NCBI GenBank assembly: GCA_002269645.1 | Contig: NIVC01001130.1 | Coordinates: 248,001-312,000, forward strand | DNA length: 64,000 nt | DNA from: Macrostomum lignano | Lineage: Eukaryota | Direction of reading: 5' to 3' | In this document: piece after piece, positions 61,431 through 64,000 of the stretch | How the letters are laid out: each line of letters starts with the position of its first letter | Position numbering within the stretch: the first letter of the stretch is position 1 | Notes under the pieces: generated by a model | Databases searched by the model: none | Told to the model about the DNA's origin: nothing | The model's input: only the letters and a program-made list of their open reading frames with translations | Program-made: the position numbers and the translations under genes

Positions 61431-63942
61431 GGACAGACGGACGGACGGACAGACAGACAGGCACTAAGATATACGAGCGTATTTCAATTATTGATTTACA
61501 AAGCCACACTTTGATGGAGCTGTGAAAAATGGTTTATTCTGCTTTAAGCCGCAGACTTGACGAAGAAAAGCAGTGATGTCAGACATTCGCAGAAGCTTAG
61601 CGCCAAAATTACAAATAAAGACTTGATTGCCGGGTGTGTGCGGGCGAATACGGCTGAATAAGGTGAGGCAGCTGAGACGGGTTGGATCGGTCTCTGCTCT
61701 GCTCTGCGCACCCTTCCTGGGTCTGGCGGTCGCGTCTTTAATTACGCGTGGCAGAACGGAGGACTCAAGGGCAGGGGTTGCTGGACTGGTCGACTTGCAT
61801 CTTTCTCGCCTCATCGCGGCTGATGATGAAAGGGCGCACTATCTTTTTTTAGCCTGCGACATTCTCTATTTATCCCTCTACTATGGGCTCTCAAGCTGCT
61901 CAGATCTGATCTATGTGCCGTCTATCTCAGGCAGTTTCATCACTTGCTGAATAGTTGGCCTTCTTCCTGTTTTTTTTATTACAATTTTTTATATACTAGT
62001 AGCTGGCGTATCGACTCAATCTATATTTGTACAATCTGTGTATTTATTGGCTATAGATGCACTCGTATGTGTCATTTCTCATCTCTATTTCTGTCTTGTC
62101 TGTCTGTCTGTCCGTTTCTTTCCAGCCTTCTATATTTCTCATCCGCATATTCTTAGCTCCAACGGGCTCGCAGTGCTCTCTTCTTGGCCCGTCCCTGTCA
62201 GATCAGCTAGCCTTATTTTCAGTCCTGTCCGAGCCTCACTCGAAGATTTTGCCTCATTTTTTTCTCTGTGTCTGTCTCGACATCCCAGAGCATCCATGCG
62301 ATCCGCTATTCCTGCAGCCCCACCCCCCCCCCTCTTATTGCAAACTTTTGCGCCTTGCTTGCCAGGGTAGGCTTAAGACTGCTGGGCGACACCGACCGAC
62401 CTTGGTAAGATGGGAGCTTGAGTAGGGATTGAGCCGATTCTTCCCCTTTCCCCCTCTCTCGGAACGTAGGAAAAAAAGAAAGAGAGCAGCAGTCTCAGGG
62501 TTGAAGCGAGAGAGAGAGAGGGAGAGAGTAGCTACTGACTTCGGGTGAAGAAGGCAGCGAAGGAAATTCATTTATCCGAGCCCCTCTCCTTTTCCCCATC
62601 TCTCTCTTTCTCTCTCTCTCTCTTTCTCCCTTTTCTCGCTGCTGTCTTCGCTGTGCTGTCTAGTTGTGCACATATGCGCCTTCTGATTGCCTGGGTCTGC
62701 ATGCATAGCATTATATAGTCTATACAATGGTATATACACATCTCTCTCTGATGCGGCTCTTATGCTGCGATTATATTTCAGGTCTGGGTGTACTTAACCG
62801 ATTATAAATATGCCTCTATTGCTGTCCACCAGTAAGCTGCGATCTCTGTAACCGATTGTGTGTACGACTCTTCTCAGACTAACATCTCAGATCCTCAGGC
62901 TGTGATTCCAACATCTCAGATCCCCAGGCTGTGATTCCAATATCTCAGATCCCCAGGCTGTGATTCCAACACCTCAGATCCTCAGGCTGTGATTCCAACA
63001 CCTCAGATCCTCAGGCTGTGATTCCAACATCTCAGATCCTCAGGCTGTGATTCCAACACCTCAGATCCTCAGGCTGTGATTCCAACACCTCAGATCCTCA
63101 GGCTGTGATTCCAACACCTCAGATCCTCAGGCTGTGATTCCAACATCTCAGATCCCCAGGCTGTGATTCCAACATCTCAGATCCCCAGGCTGTGATTCCA
63201 ACATCTCAGATCCTCAGGCTGTGATTCCAACACCTCAGATCCTCAGGCTGTTAGGAGTTCCAACACCTCAGATCCTCAGACTGTGAGGAATTCCAACATC
63301 TCAGATCCTCAGGCTGTGAGGAGTTCCAACATCTCAGATCCTCAGGCTGTTAGGAGTTCCAACACCTCAGATCCTCAGGCTGTGAGGAATTCCAACATCT
63401 CAGATCCTCAGGCTGTGAGGAGTTCCAACATCTCAGATCCTCAGGCTGTGAGGAGTTCCAACATCTCAGATCCTCAGGCTGTGAGGAGTTCCAACATCTC
63501 AGATCCTCAGGCTGTGAGGAGTTCCAACATCTCAGATCCTCAGGCTGTGAGGAGTTCCAACATCTCAGATCCTCAGGCTGTGAGGAGTTCCAACATCTCA
63601 GATCCTCAGGCTGTGAGGAGTTCCAACATCTCAGATCCTCAGGCTGTGAGGAGTTCCAACATTCCAGATCCTCGAGCTTACTTCCGTAGCCTCTGCTAAC
63701 CTGAATGATTTTTTACTTATTAGGCTTTTCATACCGCAATAGCCAAGCCTTTCAGCTTCAATTGCAGCACATTTCAGCCGTCCCAAACTCGCCAATGATA
63801 AATTCCAGATACCTGCGATCCATCTCCGTGATCCTATTCCTGAATAAGCAGGATCTGCTAGCGGAGAAAATCCTGGCCGGCAAGTCTAAATTAGAGCATT
63901 ACTTTCACGAATACAAGGACTACAATCTGCCTTCGGAAGGTG
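52058..63942 (+). CDS. GNAS: G protein alpha-s subunit. Exons 52058-52175, 56606-56678, 57454-57726, 60998-61306 and 63809-63939 (or 63942). Continues beyond the window.
   Basis: MGCF, HRLLLLG|[85 protein letters not shown]. All junctions are GT-AG with matching phases. Confidence 0.97.
55194..55980. mobile_element. 787-bp MITE with 17-bp perfect TIRs and TTTA TSD
   Basis: GGCTCATTCCATATAAG ... CTTATATGGAATGAGCC; TTTA on both flanks; internal GTTACGACCAT motif seen four times. Confidence 0.8.
56705..57052. repeat. 33-bp minisatellite in GNAS intron 2
   Basis: CTAATCCTCAGTGTCCTTCAGTTGTGGGTACCG, about 10.5 units. Confidence 0.97.
57124..57406. mobile_element. Foldback/MITE-like inverted repeat ending 47 bp before GNAS exon 3
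   Basis: AGAATTTCCC pairs with GGGAAATTCT; GGTTTGCCCGCCGAG with CTCGGCGGGCAAACC; AGTCAAATC with GATTTGACT. No clear TSD. Confidence 0.65.
59636..60538. repeat. 43-bp minisatellite in GNAS intron 3, about 21 units
   Basis: GTCATGTCAAATATAGCTATGCCTGTATAGCTGAGGGGAGGGG. Confidence 0.98.
61343..61460. repeat. (AGAC)n microsatellite
   Basis: Direct reading. Confidence 0.98.
62875..63670. repeat. Minisatellite, 29-bp units changing to 33-bp units at about 63250
   Basis: Core CCAACATCTCAGATCCTCAGGCTGTG followed by ATT (29 bp) or AGGAGTT (33 bp). Confidence 0.97.
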
Positions 63943-64000
63943 GTAAGCAAATTGTTATATTAATTATAATCCCCCGGTTTTTAGGCTAGGTTCAGTTTGA

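Overview
Eukaryotic (metazoan) genomic DNA with spliceosomal introns, GC-rich exons and a very high load of micro- and minisatellites. This style suggests a free-living flatworm such as Macrostomum, which is an inference and not a database match. Genes supported by the sequence: the 3' part of DRC7/CCDC135; an atypical two-exon Arf/Arl GTPase whose intron is almost entirely a 12-bp minisatellite; a divergent SLC6-fold transporter; a secreted EGF-cbEGF-FN2-FN2 protein with no Met of its own; a multi-exon secreted laminin-G protein largely missed by the ORF track; an MpaB/rubber-oxygenase-like (DUF2236) gene; an FG-nucleoporin (POM121/Nup153-like); RPS3 with a GC-AG intron; and the first five coding exons of G-alpha-s. 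Mobile DNA: two tRNA-headed SINEs, a Tc1/mariner deletion derivative next to its own empty site, a frameshifted Crypton-type tyrosine recombinase, several TIR elements with TSDs, and LINE remnants. The most interesting signals are (1) a candidate RPS3-to-nucleoporin operon plus a gene that appears to need the AUG of a trans-spliced leader, (2) structured elements embedded in microsatellites, and (3) an AT-rich, apparently CpG-poor domain that splits the G-alpha-s gene into two codon-usage regimes. No CRISPR array, rRNA or bona fide tRNA gene was found. All compositional and homology statements are by eye.
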